From the NCBI GenBank assembly GCA_041440805.1, contig JASDVF010000050.1, forward strand, positions 77,012 through 141,011: DNA of 64,000 bases, read 5' to 3'. The position numbers were made by a program, and so were the translations under genes. Of this stretch, positions 45,256 to 55,010 are shown one piece after another. How positions within the stretch are numbered: position 1 is the first letter of the stretch; every line of letters starts with the position of its first letter. Under the pieces are notes generated by a model. It searched no databases. It was given only the letters and a program-made list of their open reading frames with translations, and was not told the DNA's origin. Origin of the DNA: Myxococcota bacterium. GTDB taxonomy: Bacteria > Myxococcota_A > UBA9160 > UBA4427.

Positions 45256-46040
45256 TCGACTTCGTACCCCGCCTTCCTAATAAATTCCTTCGCAACGTCA
45301 CTCGCTAAATAGGCGACGAATGCCGTGGCGGCTGCATTCTCTTTTGCGCGCGAGAGCTGGACGACACCTTGCTCAATCGGTGAATGGAGCGCCAACGGGA
45401 TCTCCCAAACCGTTCCGTCCAGCGGGTCCGAAGCAGGTAGCTGCGCCCTCGCTATGAATCCAACCGTCGCATTGCCCGTGGCGACCATCGCGTAGGTCTG
45501 TCCGATATTTTCGCCGAACACCATTCGAGCTCGGACCTCATCCATTAGGTTGAGGCCCTCGAGCACTTCACGCGAAGCCTGACCGTAGGGTGCTAGTTCC
45601 GGGTTCGCGAGAGCCACGTGGCGAGACCGGTTTTTGCTCAGCCATCCGGGCCCCGGGGACGAGTTCAGCTCTGATCGCCCGCCGGCTGCCCCCACCTCCG
45701 GCCGCCACAAAAGAAGTCTCCCAAGGGCATAGACCCGAAGCGTTTCTCCCAAGGCGACCGACTCGGCCACCAGCCGTTCCGGGCGCGCCATATCCGCAGA
45801 GAGAAAAACATCAAAGGGCGCACCGTTTTGAATCTGCGCGTAGAGCTTGCCGCTTGAGCCCGTCGCCACTCGAATCTCGTGAATATTCTGCGCTTCGAAG
45901 ACTTCGACGAGTCCTCTCGCTGTCGCCGCGAAGTTGGTGGAGACGGCGACCGTGGCGGACTCGGCGAATGCGATACCGGGCAACGTCCCAAGGAACGCGA
46001 CCGCTGCCCAAATCCATCTCTTTGAATGCGCTCTAGCCAC
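45252..46040 (-). CDS. modA: Molybdate ABC transporter periplasmic binding protein
   Basis: ModA-like sequence (VAVSTNFAA...GSSGKLYAQIQNGAPFDVFLSAD...ANPELAPYG). GTG 46040 gives a normal signal peptide (ARAHSKRWIWAAVAFLGTLPGIAFA). The listed ATG 46175 would add about 45 atypical residues and overlap the divergent gene, so the start is uncertain. Confidence 0.75.
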   Translation of the reverse strand: MARAHSKRWIWAAVAFLGTLPGIAFAESATVAVSTNFAATARGLVEVFEAQNIHEIRVATGSSGKLYAQIQNGAPFDVFLSADMARPERLVAESVALGETLRVYALGRLLLWRPEVGAAGGRSELNSSPGPGWLSKNRSRHVALANPELAPYGQASREVLEGLNLMDEVRARMVFGENIGQTYAMVATGNATVGFIARAQLPASDPLDGTVWEIPLALHSPIEQGVVQLSRAKENAAATAFVAYLASDVAKEFIRKAGYEVE

Positions 46041-46173
46041 AAGCGAGAAGCTAGCAGCGAAGAAGATCGTGGTGCGGCTCAGGGAAGTTTCAGCGTTAGA
46101 GTATGGACTCTTACTGACCGGGCCAGCCACGGCCCGGTGGATGCGATTCATGCCCGAATCGTTGGAGTTGCCC

Positions 46174-46530
46174 ATGCCCCTATCTCATCTCGAGCGGAGC
46201 GAACTCTCAGCTGCACTAGGCGACCTCATACAAGACCTTGAAACGTCTTTGGCGGAGACCGCGGCGGCGGCGCGGCCCGTCGAACTCGACCAACCTGCTA
46301 TGGGACGCGTCTCTCGGATCGATGCAATCCAGCAGCAGAAAATGCTCGAAGCAAATCGCTTAGCCCAACAAGCACAACTTCAGCTGGCACGCTCTGCACG
46401 CCACCGATTCGGCGAAGACGAGTACGGAGACTGCATGGCCTGCGGTGAAGAAATCGGGGTCGCGCGACTCCGCGCCCGCCCCGAGTCTCTCTACTGCATA
46501 GAGTGTCAGACTGCGCGCGAGCGATCCTGA
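46174..46530 (+). CDS. DksA/TraR-family C4 zinc-finger protein
   Basis: 118 aa from ATG 46174 with GGAG upstream. Coiled-coil region plus CMACGEEI...YCIECQ zinc finger. Confidence 0.75.
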   Translation: MPLSHLERSELSAALGDLIQDLETSLAETAAAARPVELDQPAMGRVSRIDAIQQQKMLEANRLAQQAQLQLARSARHRFGEDEYGDCMACGEEIGVARLRARPESLYCIECQTARERS

Positions 46531-46648
46531 GAGCATCGACGCTTGGTGCGTCGCAACCGAATGAGTCTGCTCTCGCCTCAGCTCGGTCCCTCTCACCCGC
46601 AAGCCAATTCGAACGCATCGCGACAGCAGTCTGCGACACGTCCCCGGG

Positions 46649-47023
46649 CTACCAGCCAGGCGCGCGGAGTGCGTAGGCGATCGATTCGTGGAGCGAAGAT
46701 GCGTTTCGCATGTCGTGGAGCAGCTCAACAAATTCTCCGAAATGCACATCACAGAAGCTCCCGTCGTCGACGGGACGCGTGATGCCAAACTCGACGGGCT
46801 CATCCGCCCGAAGCGGCTCCAGCGTTCCAAAGACTGCGTCCAAGAAGAGCGTGATCGAGTTGTAATTGCGATCCATGTATCGCGGGTTCTTCGCGTGATG
46901 GATTCGGTGATGTGCGGGGGTCTGCATGAAGCGACCGATTATTTCGTAGCGCCCTCTACTCACATAACGATTACTAATGTGCTGAAAACTTCCCCAACAG
47001 CTGTCGATCACGTTAATCGCCAC
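46649..47023 (-). pseudogene. C-terminal remnant of a fatty-acid hydroxylase/sterol desaturase family gene
   Basis: Only the last histidine-box region is present (WGSFQHISN...TPAHHRIHHAKN). The frame is closed by a TAG just upstream, and the N-terminal TM and His-box region is absent. Confidence 0.5.
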
Positions 47024-47353
47024 AGCAACTAGCGGATCGACCTAGGATGCGGCGAACCCCAAGTTGCACTCGGCGAAGGAAAGGTCGATCTCCCCGCTTG
47101 CATTAGAGCCGCCCGGGCCACGGAATGGCATCTCGTAGAACTAGACGAATGCGCCACTGACATCTTCGAAGCACTAGAAAAAAGTGCGGCTTACCTCACT
47201 GAAGGCGGTTTCGCGCAAGGCCGATAGGGTGTGCGACATTCGTCCCACGCGGTTCCGGTAGCGACTTGTTATCATTTAGCCTCGGTCGCGAATACGCTCT
47301 TTGCGCTTTGCGACACGCCCACACTCCGTGGCAGTTGGAGCCTGTCACTCTCC

Positions 47354-48154
47354 ATGACGAATTCGAACTCAATGCACGACGTGGATCACAAGACCGAAAC
47401 AGTACGCGCCGGACGGCGAGTCGCCGCCCTGATGCGGCACGGTCATTTCCCACGGCCAGAGAACACAGCCAGTGCACACCTCGCCCTGTCTCTGAGCGAC
47501 GAGGGACGCGAGCAATCCGAAGCAGCTGCGGATGTACTGCTTGGATTTGCATCCGCAAACGGCCTAGTCATCGATCCCTACGTCGAGTCATCTCCGCTCT
47601 TGCGCGCGTACGAAACCGCAACGGTCGTCGTGGATGCGCTCAAGCGCCGAACCGATACGGCGTTCGACATTACGAATCGGGACGAACTCATTGAACGCGG
47701 GCTCGGCAGTTGCGCAAATCTACGCTTCGACGAAATAGAGTCGCTCCTGGCACGGGATCCCCGGATCGGGCCACTCCCCTCTGGATGGTGGCGGATTCCA
47801 GACTTCCAACTTCCCGTTCCAGGCGCAGAATCTCTCCGAATGGCTGGCGAACGAACGGCGGCCCGTATCGACGAAAGCCTAGCCTCGATTGATCTAAACG
47901 AACCCACCAGTCGCCTAAGGCTCTTCGTCGCTCACGCCGGCTGCCTGCGCCACGCCGCCTTTGTACGCGGAGTGTTGTCCCTCGAAAATGCAGTGAACGT
48001 CTCTATGGAATTCGCACAGATCGTACTCTTCGAAATCAACAGCGACGGCCAATGGGTTCAGCTCGCGGGTAACTGGAAGAAGCGCATTACAGCGGCGCAG
48101 GACCCGAAATCGAAAGCCCCAATCGACCGGGCGAATCAGGAACCGGCTCTTTAA
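47354..48154 (+). CDS. Histidine phosphatase (phosphoglycerate-mutase-like) family protein
   Basis: Catalytic RHG motif (AALMRHGHFPRP) and SSPLLRAYETA. Start uncertain (ATG 47354 vs listed 47231). Confidence 0.6.
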   Translation: MTNSNSMHDVDHKTETVRAGRRVAALMRHGHFPRPENTASAHLALSLSDEGREQSEAAADVLLGFASANGLVIDPYVESSPLLRAYETATVVVDALKRRTDTAFDITNRDELIERGLGSCANLRFDEIESLLARDPRIGPLPSGWWRIPDFQLPVPGAESLRMAGERTAARIDESLASIDLNEPTSRLRLFVAHAGCLRHAAFVRGVLSLENAVNVSMEFAQIVLFEINSDGQWVQLAGNWKKRITAAQDPKSKAPIDRANQEPAL

Positions 48155-48293
48155 GCCGCGCTCTTGGCCGGTCTCTTGCCCAGGCTTAAGCCTCCCTTGT
48201 CCCTCCCTTAGTCCGCCCCTGAGCCGCGGACCTCAACACTCTTCGGGCGGGGATGAGAGTGATCAAGCCAAGGACTGGCCTTTCGCGAGCATG

Positions 48294-49169
48294 TTAGGGA
48301 CGCGCCTTTTCCCACTCTCGCAAAACTTCGTCATGACGGCTGATGTCCGTCTCCCCGCCTCCCGAGGCAAAGGCGGGCCAGCGCGGCTCGGATGCCCCTT
48401 CGACGCGGTCCCCCATCACCGTGACTCTCTGAATCACGCGCTCCTCATCAAAATCGTTCAACACGAAATGTTGCGTCACGCGGTTGTCCCAAATCGCCAG
48501 CGTGCCCTCCGCCCATCGGTAGCGAACCGTAAATCGCGGCTCTGACACCCAACTCGTCAAATGCGCCAATAGGAGTGCGCTCTCCTTATAGGAAAGTTCA
48601 ACGATTCGGCGAGTGAAATGTTCATTCACGTAGAGAATGCGGCGTCCAGTGACGGGATGTAGCCGTACCACGGGATGAACCATCTGTTCATCGGGCACAT
48701 CATTCGCCGCTCCGTCATGAAGCGCGCTCAACCCCTCGCATAACGCCTGGATTGGTGGGGAAAGTTCGTCATAGGCCATCGCCAGATTCGACCACATCGT
48801 GTCGCCACCCACCGAAGGCACCCGCTTCATATGCAAAATCGAGTACAGCGCAGGGCGTTCTAGATAGGTGAGGTCCGTGTGCCACTCATCCGCCACACCG
48901 CCATGCGTCGCTGAGAGCTCGAAGAGTTTGTCGGGCAATCCAGGCGTGGGATTTTCGAGATGCGGGTGGCTTTCGAGCGTCCCGAAATGCTCTCCGAATT
49001 TGATGTGCGTTTCCGCGCTCGGGTGCTGGTCGGGGAAAAAGAGCACGTGATGCTCGATCAAAAGTGCTTCGATCTGACTCGCCGCTTCTGCATCCACGTC
49101 AGCCAGGTCAAGACCGCGAACCTCCGCGCCAAGCGCACCCGCGATCCGTGTCACCTTCCATTCGCCCAT
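48294..49169 (-). CDS. TauD/TfdA-family Fe(II)/2-oxoglutarate dioxygenase
   Basis: 291 aa with WHTDLTY (HxD), a distal His (LYVNEHFTRRI) and WDNRVTQH, consistent with a taurine-dioxygenase-like protein. Confidence 0.85.
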   Translation of the reverse strand: MGEWKVTRIAGALGAEVRGLDLADVDAEAASQIEALLIEHHVLFFPDQHPSAETHIKFGEHFGTLESHPHLENPTPGLPDKLFELSATHGGVADEWHTDLTYLERPALYSILHMKRVPSVGGDTMWSNLAMAYDELSPPIQALCEGLSALHDGAANDVPDEQMVHPVVRLHPVTGRRILYVNEHFTRRIVELSYKESALLLAHLTSWVSEPRFTVRYRWAEGTLAIWDNRVTQHFVLNDFDEERVIQRVTVMGDRVEGASEPRWPAFASGGGETDISRHDEVLREWEKARP

Positions 49170-49336
49170 TGCTCGACTCCTGATTCCCCTATGACTCGCC
49201 GTCTAGTATGGCCCATCGGGCTACCCAATCACCAATTCGTCGGTGGTATGCCCCAGCTAGAGCGGCCCCAATCCGGGCTTCACTTGAACTGTCTTACCTA
49301 CGCCGTCTCCGCATGACTGCGGATCAGGAGCCTCTC

Positions 49337-49637
49337 ATGAAGGTCGATGTCCTCCAATTTTTCGGTTGGCGAGATCGCACGCAAAGAAGCGCTCTACGAA
49401 TCCCGCTATGCGGCGGCCCAAAGCCACCGTTGCTGGCTGCCGCGCGGACAAGAAACCGACCGAAGCCGCGGCCATTATATGGATGGCGTGATCATTCACG
49501 GCTCTCCTGCACGCGTCGTCGATGAACTCAAGCGGCTCGAGGAAGAGCTGCCCCTCGACTATCTATTGCTCTCGCCCTTGAGCGAGAAGACCTTCGATCT
49601 CTTCACCGAGCACGTGCTTCCTAAGGTTCTCGGCTGA
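49337..49637 (+). pseudogene. Remnant of an LLM-class oxidoreductase gene (N-terminal tip plus C-terminal tail, frame-shifted)
   Basis: CAGGAG then ATG 49337 encodes an LLM-like MKVDVLQFFGW, after which that frame degenerates. Another frame (ORF 49347-49637) ends with a typical LLM C-terminus (IHGSPARVVDELKRLEEELPLDYLLLSP...FTEHVLPKV). The total of about 100 codons compares with about 330 expected. Confidence 0.45.
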
Positions 49638-49721
49638 ACCAAAACCGTGCTCGCGCGAAGCCTCGTGGATTCGTTACGCTTCGCAGTCCTTTCCAACCAC
49701 TAAACTGCCGGAGCCCCACCC

Positions 49722-50759
49722 ATGCCCGATGTAAATCACGAACTGGGCTTCTATGCCCTCGCCGGCCAACCGAAGTCGCCACGGGACCTGATAGAAGAGC
49801 TTCAGCAGGGCGAGGCTATGGGCCTGGGGACCGCTTTCCTCTCCGAGCGGTACAACTCAAAAGAGATCTGCACTTTGAGTGGTGCTGCCGGCGCTGTTAC
49901 CGATTCGATTCGTATCGCTACGGCAGCCACGAATCACAATACGCGGCACCCTATCGTCACGGCTGGCTACGCGCTGACGATGCATGGCCTAACGGGTGGT
50001 CGGTTCGTTCTCGGGATCGGGCGCGGCATCGTCCCCATGCAAAAGGCTTATGGCATCCCGCCGATCACGACGGCCCAGATGGAGGATTTCGTAGGCGTCA
50101 CGCGGAGACTCCTCGCCGGCGAAGCGGTCATGGGACACGAGGGTCCGATCGGGTCGTACCCCTTTCTTCATCTCGGACCGAACGTGATCGATGACATCCC
50201 CATGATGCTCGTTGCCTTTGGCCCAAACTCGCTCGCATTAGGTGGACGTGCTTTCGACGAAGTTGTACTGCACACTTATTTCAGCGACGAAACGACCGAG
50301 AATGCGGTCAAGACCGTCAAGCGGGCGGCTCTCGAAGCCGGCCGAAACCCCGATGACGTCAAAGTCTGGTCGTGCTTCGCAACGATCGGCGACCACCTCT
50401 CCGAAGAGAAGCAACTCATGAAAAGCGTGGGGCGTCTTGCCACATACCTTCAAGGCTACGGAGATCTCCTGGTCGACACCAATGGCTGGGACAAGAGCGT
50501 CCTCGAACGCTTCCGGGCCGACGACCTCGTATCGAACTTTCGAGGCGGCATCGATACCGCTGCGAGCCCCAGCGAACTCGAACATATCGCCACGCTGATT
50601 CCCGACGAATGGCTGTCCTACTCGGCAACGGGCTCCCCCGACCGATGCGTCGATTCGATCCGACATCAGCTCGACCTCGGGTGTGACGGCGTCATCATGC
50701 ACGGCGCCACGCCCACAGAACTCGAACCAATCGTCTCGGCCTACAGAAAACGGGCCTAA
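49722..50759 (+). CDS. LLM-class (luciferase-like) flavin/F420-dependent oxidoreductase
   Basis: 345 aa luciferase-like TIM-barrel sequence (..LGFYALAG....GLGTAFLSERYN..GRFVLGIGRG..). Confidence 0.85.
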   Translation: MPDVNHELGFYALAGQPKSPRDLIEELQQGEAMGLGTAFLSERYNSKEICTLSGAAGAVTDSIRIATAATNHNTRHPIVTAGYALTMHGLTGGRFVLGIGRGIVPMQKAYGIPPITTAQMEDFVGVTRRLLAGEAVMGHEGPIGSYPFLHLGPNVIDDIPMMLVAFGPNSLALGGRAFDEVVLHTYFSDETTENAVKTVKRAALEAGRNPDDVKVWSCFATIGDHLSEEKQLMKSVGRLATYLQGYGDLLVDTNGWDKSVLERFRADDLVSNFRGGIDTAASPSELEHIATLIPDEWLSYSATGSPDRCVDSIRHQLDLGCDGVIMHGATPTELEPIVSAYRKRA

Positions 50760-50785
50760 GCCCGAGCGTTCCCTATCTTCACAGT

Positions 50786-51493
50786 ATGATGAGCTTTCTA
50801 CGAACAATCGCGCACCGTGACGAAGGGACCGGTGCGCTCGGACGCCATGGCACCCTCCTCACCTCGTTGATCCTCCTGCTCGTGGCGCTTCCAATCGCCC
50901 AAATGTTCTCGGGCTCGACCCCGCGGTTCACAATTTTGCTCACGCTCGTCTTGGTTTCGGCGATCGTTGTGAACAGCCACCAGCGGTGGATTTTTACCGT
51001 CGCTGGAGTCGTGGGCGTCGCAGCGATCGCTGTGATCTTCGTTGCCGAGCTTACGAATTCCGCGCCTGCGCGGATTGCCTCAGACGTCCTGGCGCTCGGC
51101 CTACTCTCTTTCACGACGCTTGTTATGCTGAATAGCCTGATCCAGACGGAGGAGGTCTCGAACGACACCATCGTCGGAGGGATCTGCGTCTATCTCCTCT
51201 TCGGAATGTGCTTTACGATGGTCTTTGTCCTGCTCACTGAGATCCAGCCGGGCACATTTATCGACGTCGGAGAAGCCATCGCGCGCTCCGATGCAGATCC
51301 AAGCCTCCACTCGACACGCCTGCTCTATTTCAGCTTCGTCACGCTCACGACTTTAGGCTACGGGGACATCACGCCGAACTCTGACATCGCGCAAATGTTT
51401 GTAGTGGCCGAAGCGCTCATAGGTCAGCTCTACTTGACGATTTTCGTCGCGCGGCTCGTCGGGCTCTACGTAGGAAAACGTCACATCGCCTAG
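50786..51493 (+). CDS. Two-TM-type potassium channel family protein
   Basis: Selectivity filter TLTTLGYGDI flanked by hydrophobic helices. Confidence 0.8.
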   Translation: MMSFLRTIAHRDEGTGALGRHGTLLTSLILLLVALPIAQMFSGSTPRFTILLTLVLVSAIVVNSHQRWIFTVAGVVGVAAIAVIFVAELTNSAPARIASDVLALGLLSFTTLVMLNSLIQTEEVSNDTIVGGICVYLLFGMCFTMVFVLLTEIQPGTFIDVGEAIARSDADPSLHSTRLLYFSFVTLTTLGYGDITPNSDIAQMFVVAEALIGQLYLTIFVARLVGLYVGKRHIA

Positions 51494-51967
51494 CATCTAC
51501 TCACCCACCGCCCCCAGTCATGGTCCACGGCCGATGCCAGCACGCCCGCTAGTTGGCTCAGACTTTCGAGTCATCCTCGAGAAATGCGGCGAGCGAAGTT
51601 CCTAACGATTCTAATGCATCGATCATGAGCGACGACGCCGATCCCCAGGACAGCCGGATCAAGAACAAGTTCATAGAGTCCATCCAGCCGCTTGTAATTC
51701 GAACGCATCGAGTCGCCAGGACCCGACCAAAGCAGTTTGATCAATCATTGCCCCCCATTGAATGCGAAGCGCAGCCTATGAAGGCGTCGTGCAGGATTCA
51801 AAGCCAGTCGTCGCACTGAGCGGGACCTAAGGTCCGAGATCTGACTTCGAATTGCTTGGCATCGATCTCTTTCCATGCGAAGTGCACTCCATCGCGATTC
51901 TTTCCGATCTCATCCCAAAGTCGCAAGCAAGCCGCGAGCCACTCCAACAAGCGACTACGATCTCGTC

Positions 51968-53311
51968 ATGCTCCAATCAAGACCCCTCGAACATTCGCCC
52001 GTTATGGCCGCGATCCTGTTGGTGATCGCCGGCACATTGACCGGATGCTTTGCGCACAGCACGCGGCCGACCGATTCGACGACGACCGAAAAAGGCCCTC
52101 TCTTTTCGCCTCTCTTTTCGCCTCCCTCGTCGCCCCTCGGATCCCCCGCGTGCCAGGTTCACTTCCCCGATCAAGACGGCTGGTACGGTGGCGATGCGGC
52201 GTACTCAGTTCCTCTTCCTCAGTCATCCGCCCCCGAAAGCCGCAGTCGAAGCGTCTGGCTGTTCGGCGATACGTTCGTCGAACGAGTGGATCAGCCGGGG
52301 CGGAGGGCATACCCATACGTTCATAATTCGATGGGTATCTCTCGATGTGCTGCAAACGGAGATTGGTCACTGGAAACGTTCTGGAAATCTGAAGACGGAG
52401 CAACTGCAAGGTCGTTCTTCGAGCCAAACCCTGAATCCGGCTGGGCAACGGAAGCGCGCGCGAAAACGGGGAGACCGCCCTACTACTGGCCCATGGACGG
52501 CTTCGTCGTCAATGGCACCTTATTCATTGGCCTTCTCCGTGTCGCACACAGCGAGCCGCGCGGCCCATTCTCTTTGCCGTTCCGCATCATCGGAACGGAC
52601 CTAGCACGCATTGAAAATCCGAATGACTCGCCCCAGAACTGGCGTGTCCGCATCTCAATGCTGTCCGAAGATCCAGTATTTTTCCCGGGCACGGCTTTCG
52701 CGGTCCAAGGCGAACACGTCTATGCATTCGCATTCTTCGACCGTGATGACGGGCATGCACCGCGCGGACTGATTCGTCTTCCAATCGAAGCGCTATTGGA
52801 CTCCGAAAACGTGTTGTCCGAACGGATCGAAACCTTCGAAGTGAACGGGTCGTGGAAACGGGGCCTCCACGCGCAATCGGCGGCGATCGTGATCCCATCG
52901 GACGCATCTGAAATGAGCGTTCATTGGAACTCAGGCCGCAATCGATGGATCGCCGTAGAAACGAGCCCGTCCCATACTGCGAGCGACCCCGGGGAGCGCG
53001 GACTCATCCGTTTTCGCGAGTCTGAGAAACTCGAGGGACCTTGGTCAACGGCACGCCCTCTGCTCCAAATCCCTGAGCTGCAGCAGAGCCGCCGCGATAC
53101 GACCGCCACCAACACCTTCTGCTACGCGGCCAAAGCCCACTCTCAATACTCGAAGACGGATGAACTCATCATCACTTACGTCTGCAATCTATATGCTCGA
53201 TCACCAGAAGAAGGATATATGGTGCTCGAAGAACTCACTCATCGACCAGATCTTTATCGCCCAAGAGTGGTCCGAGTGTCCCTACCACCAGTCGATCGTG
53301 GAAGTCACTAG
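51968..53311 (+). CDS. Hypothetical lipoprotein (possible beta-propeller)
   Basis: Lipobox IAGTLTGC followed by a Pro/Ser-rich linker containing a 12-bp tandem duplication. No family confidently recognised. Confidence 0.6.
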   Translation: MLQSRPLEHSPVMAAILLVIAGTLTGCFAHSTRPTDSTTTEKGPLFSPLFSPPSSPLGSPACQVHFPDQDGWYGGDAAYSVPLPQSSAPESRSRSVWLFGDTFVERVDQPGRRAYPYVHNSMGISRCAANGDWSLETFWKSEDGATARSFFEPNPESGWATEARAKTGRPPYYWPMDGFVVNGTLFIGLLRVAHSEPRGPFSLPFRIIGTDLARIENPNDSPQNWRVRISMLSEDPVFFPGTAFAVQGEHVYAFAFFDRDDGHAPRGLIRLPIEALLDSENVLSERIETFEVNGSWKRGLHAQSAAIVIPSDASEMSVHWNSGRNRWIAVETSPSHTASDPGERGLIRFRESEKLEGPWSTARPLLQIPELQQSRRDTTATNTFCYAAKAHSQYSKTDELIITYVCNLYARSPEEGYMVLEELTHRPDLYRPRVVRVSLPPVDRGSH

Positions 53312-53365
53312 ACAAATCAGAGCCTCACCCAGCGCCACCCATTGCGCCGGAGAAATCGGACAGTG

Positions 53366-54358
53366 TTATGCGTGATTTCGCAACATCATCTCTCGTGGAT
53401 GCGGCTCCAAGTAAAGTTGCCCCTGAACATATTCGACTTCTTTCGATTCAACGAGAAAGCGTAGAATCGAGATAGGAACGACGAGAGGAACTCGTCCGGC
53501 CCGATAGTCGTCGATCGCAAGGCCGATCTGTTTCTTCTCAGCTGGCCCTATCATTCGCTTCAAGTGCCCGAACAAGTGCTCCAGCACATTGATGTGTCGG
53601 TTTCGGGCCGTGGGCCGGTTAAAGGCAGCGATGAAGCCCTCTTTATAACGAGAAAAGATTCCCGCATCGTCTTCACGCCCGAAGCTCGCGACGATGCGAC
53701 CCAATTTTCGGTAGATGGGTTCATCGTGCGACAGAATCAACATTTTGTGGGCTTCATGAAATGCGACGAGGCCAGAGCGAGTGAGCCCGCGCCGCTCAAA
53801 GACCCGCCAACGATTGTGACAAAAGATCGCTTCAATAAACTGCTCCCGAAGCCCCGCGTCATTCAGCCTCCCCTCCTCTTCGACTGGAAGTCCAGGGAAC
53901 TCATTGACTACACGACGAGAAAAATGTCCGATGCCGGATCGAAGGGGCATCTCTCCTTCATCGGGGTACACGCGAACCCGAGCCAAACCGCAAGAAGGAG
54001 AGCCCTTCTTGAAAATGAAGCCATCAAGCCCCATCGCTTTGAGCTCAGACACCCTGGACTGGCTGTAGTCGGCCATTTGCGCCGAGAGGTCTGTTCCAGC
54101 TTCCCGTAGCACGAAACGGTCTCCCGAAGTTCCCCCTCGAAGCTGAATCACGGGGCGAGGAATCCCTAGACCGATTTCCAACTCGGGACAAACCGGGAGC
54201 CATTCGACGTCCCCTGCCAACACATCCGTCAAGTAGCGGTCCCGTTTGTGACCGCCATCGAAACGGACTTCCGCGCCGAGCAGGCATGCGGAAACGCCTA
54301 TCCGAATCGGCTCAGCGGGATCATGCCAGCGTTGCCACACAGGCTTTGCTTCATTCAT
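53366..54358 (-). CDS. ybgA: YbgA family protein (DUF523 + DUF1722)
   Basis: N-terminal IGVSACLLGAEVRFDGGHK...PVCPE (DUF523) and a C-terminal DUF1722-like half. As in E. coli ybgA-phr, it lies beside a photolyase gene. Confidence 0.85.
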   Translation of the reverse strand: MNEAKPVWQRWHDPAEPIRIGVSACLLGAEVRFDGGHKRDRYLTDVLAGDVEWLPVCPELEIGLGIPRPVIQLRGGTSGDRFVLREAGTDLSAQMADYSQSRVSELKAMGLDGFIFKKGSPSCGLARVRVYPDEGEMPLRSGIGHFSRRVVNEFPGLPVEEEGRLNDAGLREQFIEAIFCHNRWRVFERRGLTRSGLVAFHEAHKMLILSHDEPIYRKLGRIVASFGREDDAGIFSRYKEGFIAAFNRPTARNRHINVLEHLFGHLKRMIGPAEKKQIGLAIDDYRAGRVPLVVPISILRFLVESKEVEYVQGQLYLEPHPREMMLRNHA

Positions 54359-54494
54359 GTCAAGATCCGTTTCTTGGAGAACTTCGTTCGAGAAGCTGCG
54401 CTGAAGGGGAATTCTTTTGCGTTGGATTGCCTCGGTGATCTCGAAACCTAAGGTTCAGAGAACCTAATAATCAAATCTGCCCCCGGGACTTCCT

Positions 54495-54944
54495 ATGACC
54501 TATAAAATATCCACAGACCTAACAATCCCCAGGCCACTCGATGAGGTTTTCGAGTTCTTCGCCGACGCATCGAACCTCGAGGCGATCACACCCCCAGAGC
54601 TTAAATTCCGCATCGTCACCCCTATGCCCATCGAAATGCGAACCGGGGCGCTCATCGAATATCGACTGAGCCTATTCGGCATACCTTTTTCGTGGCTTAC
54701 CGAGATTTCGGTGTGGGAGGAAGGGCGGCGATTCGTCGACCGTCAAATTAGCGGCCCCTTTCGGGTTTGGCATCATGAGCATTGTTTCCAAGCGATCGAT
54801 GAGCGCACATCGAGAATCACCGATTCGGTCCACTACTCCTTGCCGCTTCCCCCAGTTGGCAGGCTGGTTCATCCGATCGTTCGCCCTCAACTCAACCGGA
54901 TCTTTTCCTATCGAAGCGAATGCGTTCGCGAGTTGTTGGCATAA
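54495..54944 (+). CDS. SRPBCC (START/cyclase-dehydrase-like) family protein
   Basis: 149 aa. The pattern ..PRPLDEVFEFFADASNLEAITP...F...SGPFRVWHHEH.F is typical of the SRPBCC fold. Confidence 0.75.
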   Translation: MTYKISTDLTIPRPLDEVFEFFADASNLEAITPPELKFRIVTPMPIEMRTGALIEYRLSLFGIPFSWLTEISVWEEGRRFVDRQISGPFRVWHHEHCFQAIDERTSRITDSVHYSLPLPPVGRLVHPIVRPQLNRIFSYRSECVRELLA

Positions 54945-55010
54945 ACCTCATTGGCAGATCGTTCATGGTCTACTCGCCCTCTAAATCGGGGCGCACACGA
55001 GGCCCTGCGA

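Noticed and set aside
46041-46173. Possible Moco riboswitch in the modA leader
   Set aside because: Only a CUGAGCC-like fragment is present, and the other conserved elements I remember were not found. A covariance-model scan would be needed.
51553-51870. 88-aa plus-strand ORF, and on the minus strand a short stretch MIDQTALVGSWRLDAFELQAA resembling the start of lipocalin-like domain proteins
   Set aside because: The plus-strand ORF has an odd composition. The minus-strand reading frame breaks after about 25 codons. At best it is a decayed fragment, and the evidence is not enough for a feature.
52099-52122. Perfect 12-bp tandem duplication (TCTCTTTTCGCC x2). A similar 9-bp x2 duplication lies at 55837-55854 in phrB
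   Set aside because: These are in-frame micro-duplications inside coding regions (LFSP-LFSP linker; SST-SST), not CRISPR or VNTR arrays. They are of minor interest only.
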